In this document: positions 25,405-37,995 of the stretch, piece by piece | Layout of the letters: the number at the start of each line of letters is the position of its first letter | How positions within the stretch are numbered: the first letter of the stretch is position 1 | Assembly: GCF_044704955.1 (NCBI RefSeq) | Contig: NC_091985.1 | Span: 208,754,001-208,818,000, forward strand | Direction of reading: 5' to 3' | Origin: Pristiophorus japonicus | Taxonomy: Eukaryota | DNA: 64,000 bases | Position numbers and translations under genes: made by a program | The notes under the pieces: model-generated | What the model saw: only the letters and a program-made list of their open reading frames with translations | The model's database searches: none | What the model was told of the DNA's origin: nothing

Positions 25405-26010
25405 AGAGAATCAGAACGGGATGATTTGCAAACGAGAAACACAAACCAAACATCACCTCATGTTCTGACCGAGTCACTCGATTCATCAAGACCTGACTAT
25501 CATCAGACTTTGCATGTGGAAGAATAAATGGTTGTCTGTGGGAAAAGATTTCAAAGATCAGTGTGACTGGAAAAGCACCGAGACACACATACCCGAGTGA
25601 GAGTGTTCCAGTGCACTGACTGTGGAAGGAGCTTTTACCAGTTACACAGCCTGAAAAACAGCGCACCATTTACAGCGGGAGAAACTGTACACGTGTTGTG
25701 TGTGTGGACGAGGCTTCAACTGATCGTCCAACCTGAGACACAAGGACACCCGCACCACGGAGAAACCGTGGAAATGTGGGGACCGTGGGAAGGGATTCAA
25801 TTAACAAAACGCTGAAAACTAGGGAGAGGCTGTTCAACTGCCCTTATGTTGAATGTGATTCAATTGTCTAGCATGCTGACATGCCAGCGAGCTCGCAATA
25901 AAGACCATTTACCTGCTCCGTGTGTGGGAAGAGATTCACTTGTTCATCCCAACTCACTACAGACCAACTTGATCACACTGATGAGAGACCTTTTAAATGT
26001 TCTGACTGTG
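25405..26010 (+). pseudogene. C2H2 ZNF pseudogene (locus 2)
   Basis: Homologous to 3382-4485 with frameshifts and deletions; cut by a CR1 at ~26010. Confidence 0.85.
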
Positions 26011-26958
26011 GGCACTCCACTTTCCTGCCTGCTCCTCATAACCCTTGATTCCTCTATCGTTCAGAAATATGTCTATCTCAATCTTAAATATATTCAATGA
26101 CCCAGCCTCCACAGTTCTCTGGGGCAGAGAATTCCAAAGATTCAAGACCCTCAGAGAAGAAATTCCTCCCCATCTCTGTTTCAAATATCCGACCCCTTAC
26201 TCTGAAACTATGCCCCTTAGTTCTAGATTCCCTACGAGGGAAAACATTTTGTGAAGCCCCCTCAGAATCTTATATGGTTCAATAAGATCACCTCTCATTC
26301 TTCTAATCTTCAATGAGTATAAACCCAACCTGCCCAACATTTCATCATAAGACAATCCCTTCATCTCGGGAATTAACCTAGTGAACCTTGTCTGAATTGC
26401 CTCCAATGCAAGTATATCCCTCCTTAAATAAGGAGACCAAAACCGTACACAGTACTGCAGGTGTGGTCTCACCAATGCCCTATACAGTTGTAGCAGGACT
26501 TCCGTGCTTTTATACTCCATCCCCTTGCAATAAAGGTGAACATTCCATTTGCCTTCCGAATTAATTGCTGTATCTGCAGGTGAGCTTTTTGTGTTTCATG
26601 TAGAAGGACCTCCAGATCCCTCTGTACCGCTGCATTTTGTAGTCTCCATTAAAATAATAATTTTTATTCTTCCGACCAAAGTGGATAACTTCACATTTTC
26701 CCACATTATACCCCAGCTGCCAAATTTTTGCCCACTCACTTAACCTATCTATATCCCTTTGCAGATTCCTTGTGTCCTCTTCACAACTTGCTTTCCCACC
26801 TGTCTTTGTATCATCGTCAAATTTGGCTACATTACACACGGTCCCTTCATTCAAGTCATTAATATAAAGTGTAAATAGTTGAGCTCCCAGCAGTGATCCC
26901 TGTGGCACTCCACGAGTTACAATTTGCCCATCTGAAAATGACCCATTTATCTGGACTA
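26011..26958 (-). mobile_element. CR1 fragment
   Basis: GVPQGSLLG..AKFDDDTK; LVRPHLQYCVRFWSP. Confidence 0.9.
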
Positions 26959-27300
26959 TTCTGGGGTGAGGGGGTACACTGACCACGAATAGATTCTGCT
27001 AACTATAATGAGGTTTGTTTACTCTTTACAGTGTTTTGAATTGTGTGTTTAACTGAAGTCAGACGTTGAGTGCAGTTACCCGCGGGCACTGGGCTGTTTC
27101 TGGTGAATGAATGTGGACAGTGTTAGTGGGGAATAGATTTGTGTGGGATCATTCTGTGCTAAACGCTTTGCTGGGCTGTGGGTTTGCCTCAGTCCCAGTG
27201 AAGAAGTGCTGTTGAATCACAAACCCGCCAGAGATTTAAACCCTATGGTCAATCTGTGTGACGTCATTGTGGCTGGGGGAAAGATTCCTTCTAGTCTGTC

Positions 27301-27756
27301 TAGGACCACTTACACTGAGACACAACATCCAGGGACCACTTACATTGAGACACAAAATCCAGGGACCACTTACACTGAGACACCAAATCCAGGGACCACT
27401 TACACTGAGACACCAAATCGAGGACCACTTAACTGAGACACCAAATCGAGGACCACTTACACTGAGACACCAAATCGAGGACCACTTACACTGAGACACC
27501 AAATCGAGGACCACTTAACTGAGACACCAAATCGAGGACCACTTAACTGAGACACTAAATCCAGGGACCACTTACACAGACACCAAATCCAGGGACCACT
27601 TACACTGAGACACCAAATCCAGGGACCACTTACACAGACACCAAATCCAGGACCACTTACAGTGAGACACCAAATCCAGGGACCACTTACACTGAGACAC
27701 CAAATCCAGGGACCACTTACACAGAGACACCAAATCCAGGGACCACTTACACAGAC
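27301..27756. repeat. 28-30 bp minisatellite (GGACCACTTACACTGAGACACCAAATCCAG), ~16 units
   Basis: Direct tandem repetition. Confidence 0.95.
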
Positions 27757-28075
27757 TACAAAATGGGAATGGGAGAGCCTCAGTATGGGGAATGGTTGTG
27801 GTTGTGAATCCAGCTGTAGTGAGGGCGGAAGGTGGGTAATGGACGAAGTTGTGACGGTGGAATTAGACGGGGACTGGTGGGGCCTGGTGACAGGTTATTG
27901 TCAGAAGCCCTTTTCAGACAGGCCAATAATTGGATGTAACCAGCGCAACATCTGGATCTGACTGTTCTTGTCCCAAAATCCCGAAGTCGAATGTCCCTGA
28001 TGTTTTTTTCTGTCGGAAATGTCGAGATGTGAAAGAATTGGAGGAAAGTGGACTCGGTCAGAAAGAAGGTTCCTG
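27757..28075 (+). pseudogene. PHF23: Decayed PHF23-like (PHF13/PHF23 family) PHD-finger copy, probably processed
   Basis: SEGGRWVMDEVVTVELDGDWWGLVTGYCQKPFSDRPIIGCNQRNIWI* / SCPKIPKSNVPDVFFCRKCRD resembles recalled PHF23 [63 protein letters not shown]. Confidence 0.75.
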
Positions 28076-28789
28076 GAATGAACAATTCATGAGGCTGTTT
28101 TGTGACTTGTCTGCGTGAGGTTTAAAAAAAAATGAAATTAAAATCGACGCGTCTAGTAACACGGTGTTGTCAATTGTGGTTTCTAACCTTAATCACTAAC
28201 TCGTAAACCGAACATCGTATTGACTATCCACAAATAGCCCCAACCACTAACCCTAAACCTACACCCAAACCCCAGCCTGAACCAAAGTTTATTGACATGG
28301 GTCAATGGAGGATCTAATGAACTGATAAAGGAAGTATTTGAAACAATGATCTTGATTAAAGAAATAGTGCAAGGTATGTTAGCAACAAGAGATTCAATCA
28401 ACGAGATCAGCAATGAGAGTTACAAAGATCAGAACATTTCAAAGGGTCTCACATGCAATATGTGTGGAGGAGTTTAAAAAAAAATCAGATCCAAAAAGGG
28501 TTAAATGGTACAGAAAATAACAGATTTAAAATCTTATGCAAGATAGGTCTATAAAGGATGGGTCAACAGAACTTCAGAGAAGTGTAAAGTGAGACACTAC
28601 ATCACACCCACAACAAGCTTGGGATTTGATGTGGTAGAATGAGAACTAGATGAGAACTGAAATAATCTAGAGTAAGAAAAGGCCCAAAAATGGAACAGTG
28701 GGTAACAGAACATCAATTAGTCTCTTATCATGGAGAAATCAAATATTCAACACACTGTGTTTGAAAAAAAGCTGATTTATTTAATATTT

Positions 28790-29680
28790 ATCCAGAATAT
28801 TAAACTCAAGCCCAGTTATAGGGGTTATTAATATCAGCAGAAATAAAGCATGATTTCCATAGTGAACATGATTCAGTCCAGGATGTGGTTAACAGCAGCA
28901 AAAACAGCAGAATCCAAAACGCTGCAGTTAGTTGTGAACTCGCTGGTGTCTCAGCAGAGAGCATGTTTGAGTGAATCCCTTCCCACACTCAGTGCAGGTG
29001 AACAGTCTCCTCCGCGTGAATTCGCTGGTGTCTGAACAGAGAGCATGACTGAGTGAATCCTTTCCCACACTCTGCAGGTGAATGGTCTCTTCAGTGTGAG
29101 TACGTGGTGCGTCAGCTGATCCTTTGTGCTTTTAAAGCTCTTCTCACAGTCAGAACATTGAAATGAAGTCTCAACAGTGTGAATAAGTTGGTGTGTCAGA
29201 AGATGGGATGATTGAAGTCATCCCTTCCCACACTCAATGCATGTGATCGGTCTCTCCCCCATGTGAACTCGCTTGTGCGTCTGGAGCTTGGATAACAGAG
29301 TGAATCCCTTCCTGCACATGGACCAAGTGAGTGGCCTCTCCCCAGTGTGAATACGTCACTGAATATCCAGCTGGGATGGGTAATTAAATCCCTTTCCACA
29401 TTCCCACGGTTTCCCTGTGGTACGGGAGTCCTTGTCTCCAGATTGGATGATCAGTTGAAGCCTCATTTTTGTCAGGCTGCGTAACTGGTTAAAGCTCTTT
29501 CCACAGTCAGTGCATTGGAACAATCTCACTCGGTGCTTTTCCAGTCACACTGATGTTTGAAATTTTTTGCCATGGACAGAACAGGCAAACATTTCTCCTT
29601 CCACATTCAAAGACCGATAATGTTCAGGTCCTGCTGAATGGAGTGACTGTCAGATCTTGACGTGATGTTTGGTTTGATTG
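28790..29680 (-). pseudogene. C2H2 ZNF pseudogene (locus 3)
   Basis: Collinear with 32100-33480 but many indels and no long ORF. Confidence 0.85.
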
Positions 29681-30429
29681 TAGCTAATACCATGTTTAGT
29701 TAATTAGTAGGTTTGAGACTGTCAGCAACATTAATACCTTATTAAGAAATATAAGATGAACAGATTCTCTGTCCTCTTCCATATCTTATATTGATCCATC
29801 AATCAGAGTAAACATGCAAGTCCCGCATGTCCACAGTAACTGACACGAGGTCAGCCCACTGGATGGAACCTCGGGCGCCCTGAGCTTGATCTCTGGTGTC
29901 TCCAGTCCTGACTGCTCCCTTACATCAGTCTCCCCTCACTTTTATACCCTGCAGTGATCCATCTCTGGCACCGGACTCTTCTGTGTCTTCTCTGCTGGGT
30001 TTTGGCAGGAAGCTGGGAAAGGACAGCTGGAACTTCTCTAATCTGTGATTTGCAAGGACATTTCCCTGGTTCCCAGCAGTTACTTTTCTTCAGTAATTTT
30101 CTCATTAACCCTAAACTATTCTGCCTGCTGTTAGTTGTTATTTCTTATAGTTTCACAATTATAGATCTACACATCACACATTCTAATCTAACCTATTCTA
30201 TTCCTCACTCTGGCTTAAGCTTATATTGTGGTTACTAACAGACAGACCTGTTCTTTCCCCTGATCTGATTACAGATTCCAACAAATGGGTTCAGTAAATG
30301 GAATGTCTTATCAGTGTTGCCATGGTGACCTGTCTGCAGTGAATCGATTGTTTGAGTTTCTAACTTAGACTAAACTTCTCTTTCCTATAATACATATTTA
30401 AGTCAATGTATTTTAGCCATTTTATGTTG

Positions 30430-30920
30430 ATAAAGTGGTTAAAAAAGCACATGATCCTAGGTTTTATACATAAGGGTGTAGTGTATAAATGGGCAGAGGA
30501 TATGTAAACCTGAACAAATCATTGGTTAGGCTGCAGTTGGAATATTGTGTTAGCTTTTGGACATCTTATACCAGAGGGATGACGAGGCCATGGAGAGGAT
30601 GCCGAGAGATTCACTGAGATGTTACCAGGGAAGAGAGGCTTTAGTTATCGGGAGAGATTGGAGAAACTGGGATCTTTTCATTAGAACAAAGGTTGCTCTC
30701 ATGTACAAAGCCCAGCTCCCCATACCTTCCCAGAGTGCCTCTCCTAGCCTTGGTATCCAGGAAAGGTATTGGTAACAAGTCCCTGATAACTAAATAACTT
30801 AATTTGTGATCTGAGGGAGGTGTTCAAGATGTAATCAGGTAAATGAGGAAAAACTATTTCCAGCAGTCGGTGAGTCAGTAACTCGAGGGCATCAAATTCA
30901 AATCATCACCAAAAGGCTCA
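30430..30920 (+). mobile_element. Old CR1 3' fragment interrupted at 30691-30800
   Basis: ttggttaggctgcagttggaatattgtg (LVRLQLEYC) and related motifs. Confidence 0.65.
30691..30777 (+). repeat. ~86-bp element, copy A (inverted relative to 31468-31553)
   Basis: Aligns end to end with the reverse complement of 31468-31553. Confidence 0.8.
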
Positions 30921-31127
30921 GACCCAGGGAGGAACTATCGAGCACACTGTACAACAATGTTCGGGACACTCACTGTTCCTCCGGATCTGTGTCCGGGGGA
31001 GGAACTGATGGGTTTCTCTTATCTTTGGGTTAAATGATGTTCTCATCGAGGTGGTGGATATCAGCATTGGAGATTGGGGTATTCTGAGCACCTAGTGTCT
31101 GCCTGAGGCACTCTCCAGTCAGGTAGA

Positions 31128-31461
31128 GCATGGGGTAGATACAGATTAAAGCTCCCTTTACACTGTCTCATCAAACACTCCCAGGGCAGGTACAGCACGG
31201 GTTAGATACATAGTAAAGCTCCCTTCACACTGTCTCATCAAACACTCCCAGGGCAGGTACAGCAAGGGTTAGATACAGAGTAAAGCTCCCTCAACACTGT
31301 CCCATCAAATACTCCCAGGGCGGGTACAGCACGGGTTAGATACAGATAAAGTTCCCTCTATACTGTCCCATCAAACACTCCCAGGGCAGGTACAGCACGG
31401 GTTAGATACAGAGTAAAGATCCCTCCACACTGTCCCATCAAACACTCCCAGGGCAGGTACC
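31128..31461. repeat. ~68-bp tandem repeat, ~5 units (GGGTTAGATACAGAGTAAAGCTCCCT..CAAACACTCCCAGGGCAGGTACAGCAC)
   Basis: Direct tandem repetition. Confidence 0.9.
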
Positions 31462-31467
31462 TGGATG

Positions 31468-31553
31468 TGTTACCGATACCTTCCCTGGATACCAAGGCTA
31501 GGAGTGACAATCTGAAAGATATAGAAACCTAGGGTTTGTCCATGAGAGTAACC
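31468..31553 (-). repeat. ~86-bp element, copy B
   Basis: Reverse complement of 30691-30777. Confidence 0.8.
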
Positions 31554-31589
31554 GAAGGAATGAGAACTGAAATAATCGTGAGTAATGAT

Positions 31590-31985
31590 CGGGTGTCAGT
31601 TGTGGCTCAGTGGTAGCACTCTCGTCTCTGAGTCAGTAGGTTGTGGGTTCAAGTCCACCTGTAGATACTTGAGCACAAAATCTAGGCTGACATTCCAATG
31701 CAGTACTGAGGGATTGCTGCACTGTCAGTGTTGCCATCTTTTAGATGAATCACTCAATTGAGGCTCCATCATCCCTCAACCAATATCACTAAAACAGATT
31801 ATCTGGCCAGTATCACATCGCTGTTCGTGGCAGCTTGCTGTGTGCAAATTGTCTGCTGCACTTCCTACATTGCAACAGTGAACGCACTTCAAATGTACTT
31901 TGATGTTGTTGTATCCTATTGGCTGTAAAGCACGAGGTCCTGAGGTCATGTGAGGTGCTACATAAGGACAAGTCTTTATTGAACA
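31590..31985 (+). mobile_element. tRNA-derived SINE (SacSINE1/DeuSINE-like)
   Basis: A box TGGCTCAGTGG, B box GGTTCAAGTCC, conserved body, L2-like tail; interrupts ZNF 3' flank (compare 28640-28730). Confidence 0.8.
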
Positions 31986-32230
31986 AAGGAGATAAGGCCC
32001 AAAAATGGAACAGTCGGTAACAGGATATCGATTAGTCTCCTCTTATCTTGGAGACATCAAGGAATCAGCACAATGTGTGCTTGAACCAAAGCTGATTTAT
32101 TTGTCAGATATCCATAAAATTAACCTCCAGCTCAGTTACAGGGAAAACAAAGCCCAACAATCAGAATGAACATGGTTCAGTCCTGGATGTGATTAACAGC
32201 TGCAATAAGAGCAGAATCCAACCCCTGCAG

Positions 32231-33157
32231 TCACTTGTGAACTCGCTGGTGTCTCAGCAGGTGGGACGATCGAGCGAATCCCTTCCCACACATGGAGCAG
32301 GTGAATGGCCTCTCTCCAGTGTGAGTGCGTTTGTGTCTCATCAGATCATTTCTGCTTTTAAATCTCTTCTCACAGTCAGAACATTTAAACGGTCTCTCAT
32401 TGGTGTGAACAACTTGGTGTGCAGTGAGGCTGGCTGCCACAGAGAATCCCTTCCCACACACAGAGCAGGTGAACGGCCTCTCCCCAGTGTGAGTGCGTTG
32501 GTGGGTCAGCAGGTTGGATGAACTAGTAAATCCCTTCCCACACATGGAGCAGGTGAACGGCCTCTCCCCAGTGTGAATGCGTTGGTGTACCATCAGATCA
32601 TTTCTGCTTTTAAAGCTCTTCTCACAGACAGAACATTTAAACGGTCTCTTATTGGTGTGAACAAGTTGGTGTGCAGTGAAGTGGGATGACTGAGTGAATC
32701 CCTTCCCACACTCAGAGCAGGTAAATGGCCTCTCGACAGTGTGAACTCGCTGGTGAGCCAGAAGGTGGGGTGAATTAGTGAATCCCTTTCCACACACGGA
32801 GCCGGTGAATGGCCTCTCGACAGTGTGAGTGCGCTGGTGTCTCAGGTGGTGAGATGATTTCATGAATCCTTTCCTACACACAGAGCAGACGAACGGTCTC
32901 TCTCTGGCGTGATCTCGCTGGTGATCAGTGAGGTGAGATGAACAAGTGAATCCCTTCCCACACATGGAGCAGGTGAACGGCCTCTCCCCAGTGTGAACCC
33001 GCTGGTGTACAGTGAGGTTGGATGAGTGAGTAAATCCTTTCCCACACATGGAGCAGGTGAACGGCCTCTCCCCAGTGTGACTGCGTCGATGAATTTCCAG
33101 TTGAGATGGGTAATGGAATTCCTTCCCACAATCCCTACATTTCCACAGTTTCTCCGT
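32231..33157 (-). CDS. C2H2 zinc-finger protein, 11 fingers (one with C>G); frame open from ACG at 33157, first ATG at 33049
   Basis: [12 protein letters not shown].. in frame with the 272-aa ORF; AATAAA near 32097-32102; acceptor TTTTACAG near 33514. Confidence 0.8.
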   Translation of the reverse strand, partial: TEKLWKCRDCGKEFHYPSQLEIHRRSHTGERPFTCSMCGKGFTHSSNLTVHQRVHTGERPFTCSMCGKGFTCSSHLTDHQRDHARERPFVCSVCRKGFMKSSHHLRHQRTHTVERPFTGSVCGKGFTNSPHLLAHQRVHTVERPFTCSECGKGFTQSSHFTAHQLVHTNKRPFKCSVCEKSFKSRNDLMVHQRIHTGERPFTCSMCGKGFTSSSNLLTHQRTHTGERPFTCSVCGKGFSVAASLTAHQVVHTNERPFKCSDCEKRFKSRNDLMRHKRTHTGERPFTCSMCGKGFARSSHLLRHQRVHK

Positions 33158-33704
33158 GGTGCGGATGACCTTGTGTCTCTCCAGGTTGGATGATCAGTTG
33201 AAGCCTTTCACACACAGAACACGTGTACGGTTTCTTCCCGCTATGAATGGTGTGATATTTTTTCAGGCTGTGTAACTAGTTAAAGCTCTACAGTCAGTGC
33301 ACTGGAACACTCTCACTCGGTTGTGTGCGTCTCGGTGCTTTTCCAGTCACACTGATGTTTGAAATCTTTTCCCACAGACAGAACAGACAAACATTTCTCC
33401 TTCCACATTCAAAGGATGATGATATTCAGGTTGTGGTGAATCGAGTGACTGTTACATCTTGATGTGATGCTTGGTTCGAGTTTCCCATCTGCAAACCCTC
33501 CCCTTCTAATACCCTGTAAAAGGAGTTTCCAAAATCATCACTAAGGACAGGATAGAAATTCAGATCGGACAATTCTAGTTTCTATGGTACACACATTCCT
33601 CTCTGGTTTCTCCACAGCTGTAAATCACCGTCTCACACACTCTCCCTACTCTCTGGGCTAAAATTCAAACCCATTATACCACCTCCAACACTTTTTCCTT
33701 CTCA

Positions 33705-34058
33705 CTGAAGATGCTGACTCTGGCTGGGTTCAGTTCTACACTCACTGGTTCCCCTCCATCGCCCTCTCCTCCCTTGAAAGTGCTGACTCTGACTGGGTTC
33801 AGTTCTACACTCACTGGTTCCCCTCCCTCTCCTCCCCTGAAGGTGCTGACTCTGGCTGGGTTCAGTTCTACACTCACTGGTTCCCCTCCCTCTCCTCCTC
33901 TGAAGGTGCTGACTCTGGCTGGGTTCAGTTCTACACTCACTGGTTCCCCTCCCCTGAAGGTGCTGACTGTGGCTGGGCTCAGTTCTACACTCACTGATTC
34001 CCCTCCCTCTCCTCCCCTGAAGGCGCTGACTCTGGCTGGGTTCAGTTTTACACTCACC
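33705..34058 (-). repeat. 54/63/69-bp minisatellite, same family as 2633-2880
   Basis: Reverse complement of the same unit, ~6 copies. Confidence 0.95.
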
Positions 34059-34185
34059 AGTTTCTCTCAAATATGTGACCCATGTGCCCAATCTCTACGC
34101 GTGAACCTCGACAGTGAGTGTCGACGGGCTATTCCACTGTCCTCACCCGAGGCCTCACACGTGCATTTTCCAGCAGGGTAACTGG

Positions 34186-34275
34186 AGCCTACTCCCAATG
34201 ACTCAGTGGGTAAAGGCACCGCCCAATGTGACTGAGTCCTAGGAACAGGAAGGACCCAGGTTTAATCCTGTCTGC
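34186..34275 (+). mobile_element. Degenerate tRNA-SINE head
   Basis: TGACTCAGTGGGTAA and GGTTTAATCC box-like motifs. Confidence 0.4.
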
Positions 34276-34324
34276 ATATCCTCCCCTTCCAAAAAGCTGT
34301 TTACAAAAGTCATCACTGTAAGTA

Positions 34325-36115
34325 GGAACATAGGAACAGGAATAGGCCATTCAGCCCCTGGAGCATGTTCCACCATTCAATTCGATCGTGACTGATCAGT
34401 ATTTTAACTCCGTCTACCTGCCTTGGTTCCATCGCCCTTAATACCCTTGCCTAAGAAGAATTCATCAATCTCAGTTTTGGAATTTTCAACTGGCCCCCAG
34501 CCTCAATTTTAGGGGAACAGAGTTCCGGATTTCCACTACCCTTTAAGAACATAAGAAATAAGGGAAAGAGTAGGCAATATGGCCCCTCGAGCCAACTCTA
34601 CCAGTCAATAAGATCAAGGCCGACCTTCGACCTCAACTCTACTTTCCCGCACTATTCCCAGATCCCTTGATTCCTTTAAAATCATAGAACCTTAGAGCAT
34701 GGAACGAGGCCATTTCGGCCCATCGTGTTTGTGCTGGCCAACAAGAGGCTATCCAGCCTAATCTCACTTTCCAGCTCTAGGTCTGCAGGTTACGGCACTT
34801 CAAGTGCACATCCAAGTACTTTTTAAATGTGGTGAGGGTTTCTGCCTCTACCATTCTTTCAGGCAGTGAGTTCCAGACCCCCACAACCCTCTGCGGGAAG
34901 AAATTTACCCTCAAATCCCCTCTAAACCTTCTAGCAATTACGTTAAATTTATGCCCCCTGGATGTTGACCACTGCTAAGGGAAATAGGCCCTTTTTATGC
35001 ACTATATCGAGTCCCCTCATAATTTTATACATCTCAATGAGGTCTCCCCTCAGCATCCTCTGTTCCAAGGAAAACAAATCCAGCCTATCCAATCTGTCCT
35101 CATAGCTAAGATTCTCCACTCCCAGCAACATCCTCGTAAATCTCCTCTGTACCCTCTCCAGTGCAATCACATCCTTCCTGTAATGTGGTGACCAGAACTG
35201 CACGCAGTACTCCAACTGTGGCCTAACTAGTGTTTAAACAGTTCAAGCATAACCCCGTTCTTGTACTCTGTGCCTCGGCTAATAAAGGCAAGCATTCCGT
35301 ATGCCTTCTTAACTGCCTTATCTACCTGGCCTGCTACTTTCAGGGATCTGTGGACATGCACTCCCAGGTCTCTTTGTTCCTCTACACTTCTCAGTGTCCT
35401 ACCATTTAATGCGTATTCCCTTTCCTTGCTAGCCCTCCCCAAATGTATTACCTCACACTTCTCTGGATTAAATTCCATTTGCCACTGTTCTGCCCACCTG
35501 ACCAGTTGATTGATATCTTCCTGCAGTCTGCAGCTTTCTTCTTCATTATCAGCCACACAGCCGATTTTAGTATCATCTGCAAACTTCTTAATCATATCCC
35601 CTATATTGAAGTCTAGATCATTGATGTATACCACAAAAAGGAAGGGATCTAGTGCTGAGCCCTGGGAGTCCCACATGAAACATCCTTCCAGTCACAAAAA
35701 CTCCCATCAACCATTACCCTTTGCTTCCTGCCTCTGAGCCAATTTGGATCCAACTTGCCACTTTTCCCTGAATCCCATGGGCTTTTACTTTCATGACTAG
35801 TCTGCCATGTGGGACCTTATCAAAGTGTCAAAATGTCTATTGATCTCAGCCCTGTTAATACTCAAAGACTGAGCATCCACAGCCCTCTGGGATAGAGAAT
35901 TCCAAAGATTCACAGTGAAGAAATTCCTCCTCATCTCAATCTTAAATGACCGACTCCTTATCCTGAGACTATGACCCCCTAGTTCGAGACTCTTCAGTCA
36001 GGAGAAACATTTGTGTGAGGAAGTGCTTCATGGCATCACCCTTGATCGGCCTAGCTCTAATTTTAAGGTTCTGTCCCTTTCACCAGAGGAAATCATTTCT
36101 CTATCTACCCTGTTA
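34325..36115 (-). mobile_element. Stack of nested CR1 3' fragments
   Basis: Three CR1 tails (34325, 34546, 34681); ORFs QGSALDP..KFADDTK and EYCVQFWSPHYRKD. Confidence 0.85.
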
Positions 36116-36749
36116 ACTGAACTAAAAAGGAAATAAATGACTTTTAAACACCTGGTCCACATGGCACTGAAGTGTCTGAAACTCATGATAGGAACTCCAG
36201 GAAAACAAAATACTGACAAATGTTAAACTGTTTTGTTCACAAAAGAAATCTCAATTTAACTATTAAAAGATAAATTGTTTAACAGGGGTTCACACTGACT
36301 CACCTGTCAGGCCGCCCCTCGAGCACCACGATTAGTTGCAGAACACACCGCTCCCTGAGCCCTCCGGCCTCTGAGCTCTCTTCCTGTTGGTTCCCAGGGC
36401 AATCAATCACCCCTCGCCAACATTACGCCGCCAGATGAAGTTGAGGGGCTCAGAGGAAGAAATAAAACGAGGCCGTGAATCTGAGTTAATAAATAAATTA
36501 GAGAAGCATGACTACATTTATAAATTTAACGATTTAAAGTCAAGTCAAATGAATTGTTACCATTAATATATTCCTTTTGCACCAAGTGGGAAACAAGTGA
36601 TGTGTGGGCTGTGCAGAGTGTCTGTGCCCAGTTACACAGTGTGTCCCTGTCTCATCGCTCCAAATACACATGTTTCAGCTCACATCCAACTGACTGGATA
36701 AACCTCGCCCGTCTAAACTCCATCACAGAAATATCAGCATTTGATGTTT

Positions 36750-37995
36750 AGTTATACTAAACCTTTATAAAACACTGGTTAGGCCTCAGCTGGCACATTG
36801 TGTTCAATTGTGGGCACCACACTTTCAGAAGGATGTATACACTTTAGAGAGGGTGCAGAAGAGATTTACTAGAATGGTACCAAGGATGAGGGACCTCAGT
36901 TATGTGGCAATACTGGAGAAGCTGCAGTTATTCTCCTCGGAGCAGAAAAGTTTAAGAGGAGATTTCATTAAAGTGTTCAAAATCATGAACAATTTTAACA
37001 AGGAGGAACTTTTCCAGTGGCAGAAGGGTTGGTAACCTGAGGAGACAGAATAAGGTGATTGGCAAAAGAAGCAGAGGCGACATGAGGAAACATTTTATAA
37101 GCAGCGAGTTGTTGCAATCTGGAATGCACTGCCTGAAAGGGTGGTGGACGCAGATTCAATAGTAACTTTCAAAAGTGAATTGGATAAATACTAAAGGGAC
37201 AATATTTGCAGAGCTATTGGGAAAGATCAGGGGAGTGGAACTAACTGGATAGATCTGCCATAGAGGTAACTGGGAGGGTCGATGGGGGTAGTGCATTTGA
37301 TGGAGTGTATATGTATTTTAACAAGGCTTTTGATGAGGTCCCACATGCCAGACTGGTCACCAAAATAAAAGCCCATGGGATCCAAGGCAAAGTTGGATCC
37401 AAAATTGGCTCAGAGGTAGAAAGCAAAGGGTAATGGGCTGCAGGAAGATATCAATGGACTGGTCAGGTGGGCAGAACAGTTACAAATGGAACTTAATCCG
37501 GAGAAGTGTGAGGTAGTGCATTTGGGGAGGGCTAACAAGACAAGGGAATTCACATTAAATGGTAGGACATTGAGAAGTGTAGAGGAACAGAGGGACTTTG
37601 GAGTGCATGTCCACAGATCCCTGAAGGTAGCAGCACAGGTGGATAAGCTGGTTAAGAAGGCATTTGCGATACTTGCCTTTATTAGCCTAGGCACAGAATG
37701 TAAGAGCAGGGAGGTTATGCTTGAACTGTATAAAATACTATTTAGGCTACAGCAAGAGTACTGCGTGCAGTTCAAGTCACCACATTACAGGAAAGATGTG
37801 ATTGCACCAGAGAGGGTAAAAACATTTACGAGGATGTTGCCTGGACTGGAGAATTTTAGCTATGAGGAAAGATTGGATAGGCTGGGGTTGTTTTCTTTGG
37901 AACACAGGATGTAGAGGTGGAACCTCATTGAGGTGTATAAAATTATGAGGGGCCTGGATAGAGTGGATAGCAAGGACCTATTTCCCTTAGCAGAG
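36750..37995 (+). mobile_element. CR1 fragments
   Basis: WAPHFQKDVYTLERVQ; NPEKCEVVHLG..VHRSLKVA. Confidence 0.85.

Noticed and set aside
27301-27756. ~30-bp periodic array as a CRISPR
   Set aside because: Units are head-to-tail with no unique spacers, there are no cas genes, and the context is eukaryotic. The same applies to the other arrays.
28185-28285. Interstitial telomeric repeat
   Set aside because: Only scattered TAACC/CTAAAC words, no true (TTAGGG)n run.
31590-31680. tRNA gene
   Set aside because: A/B boxes continue into a SINE body and tail and no proper cloverleaf is evident. Same for 37996 and 34186.
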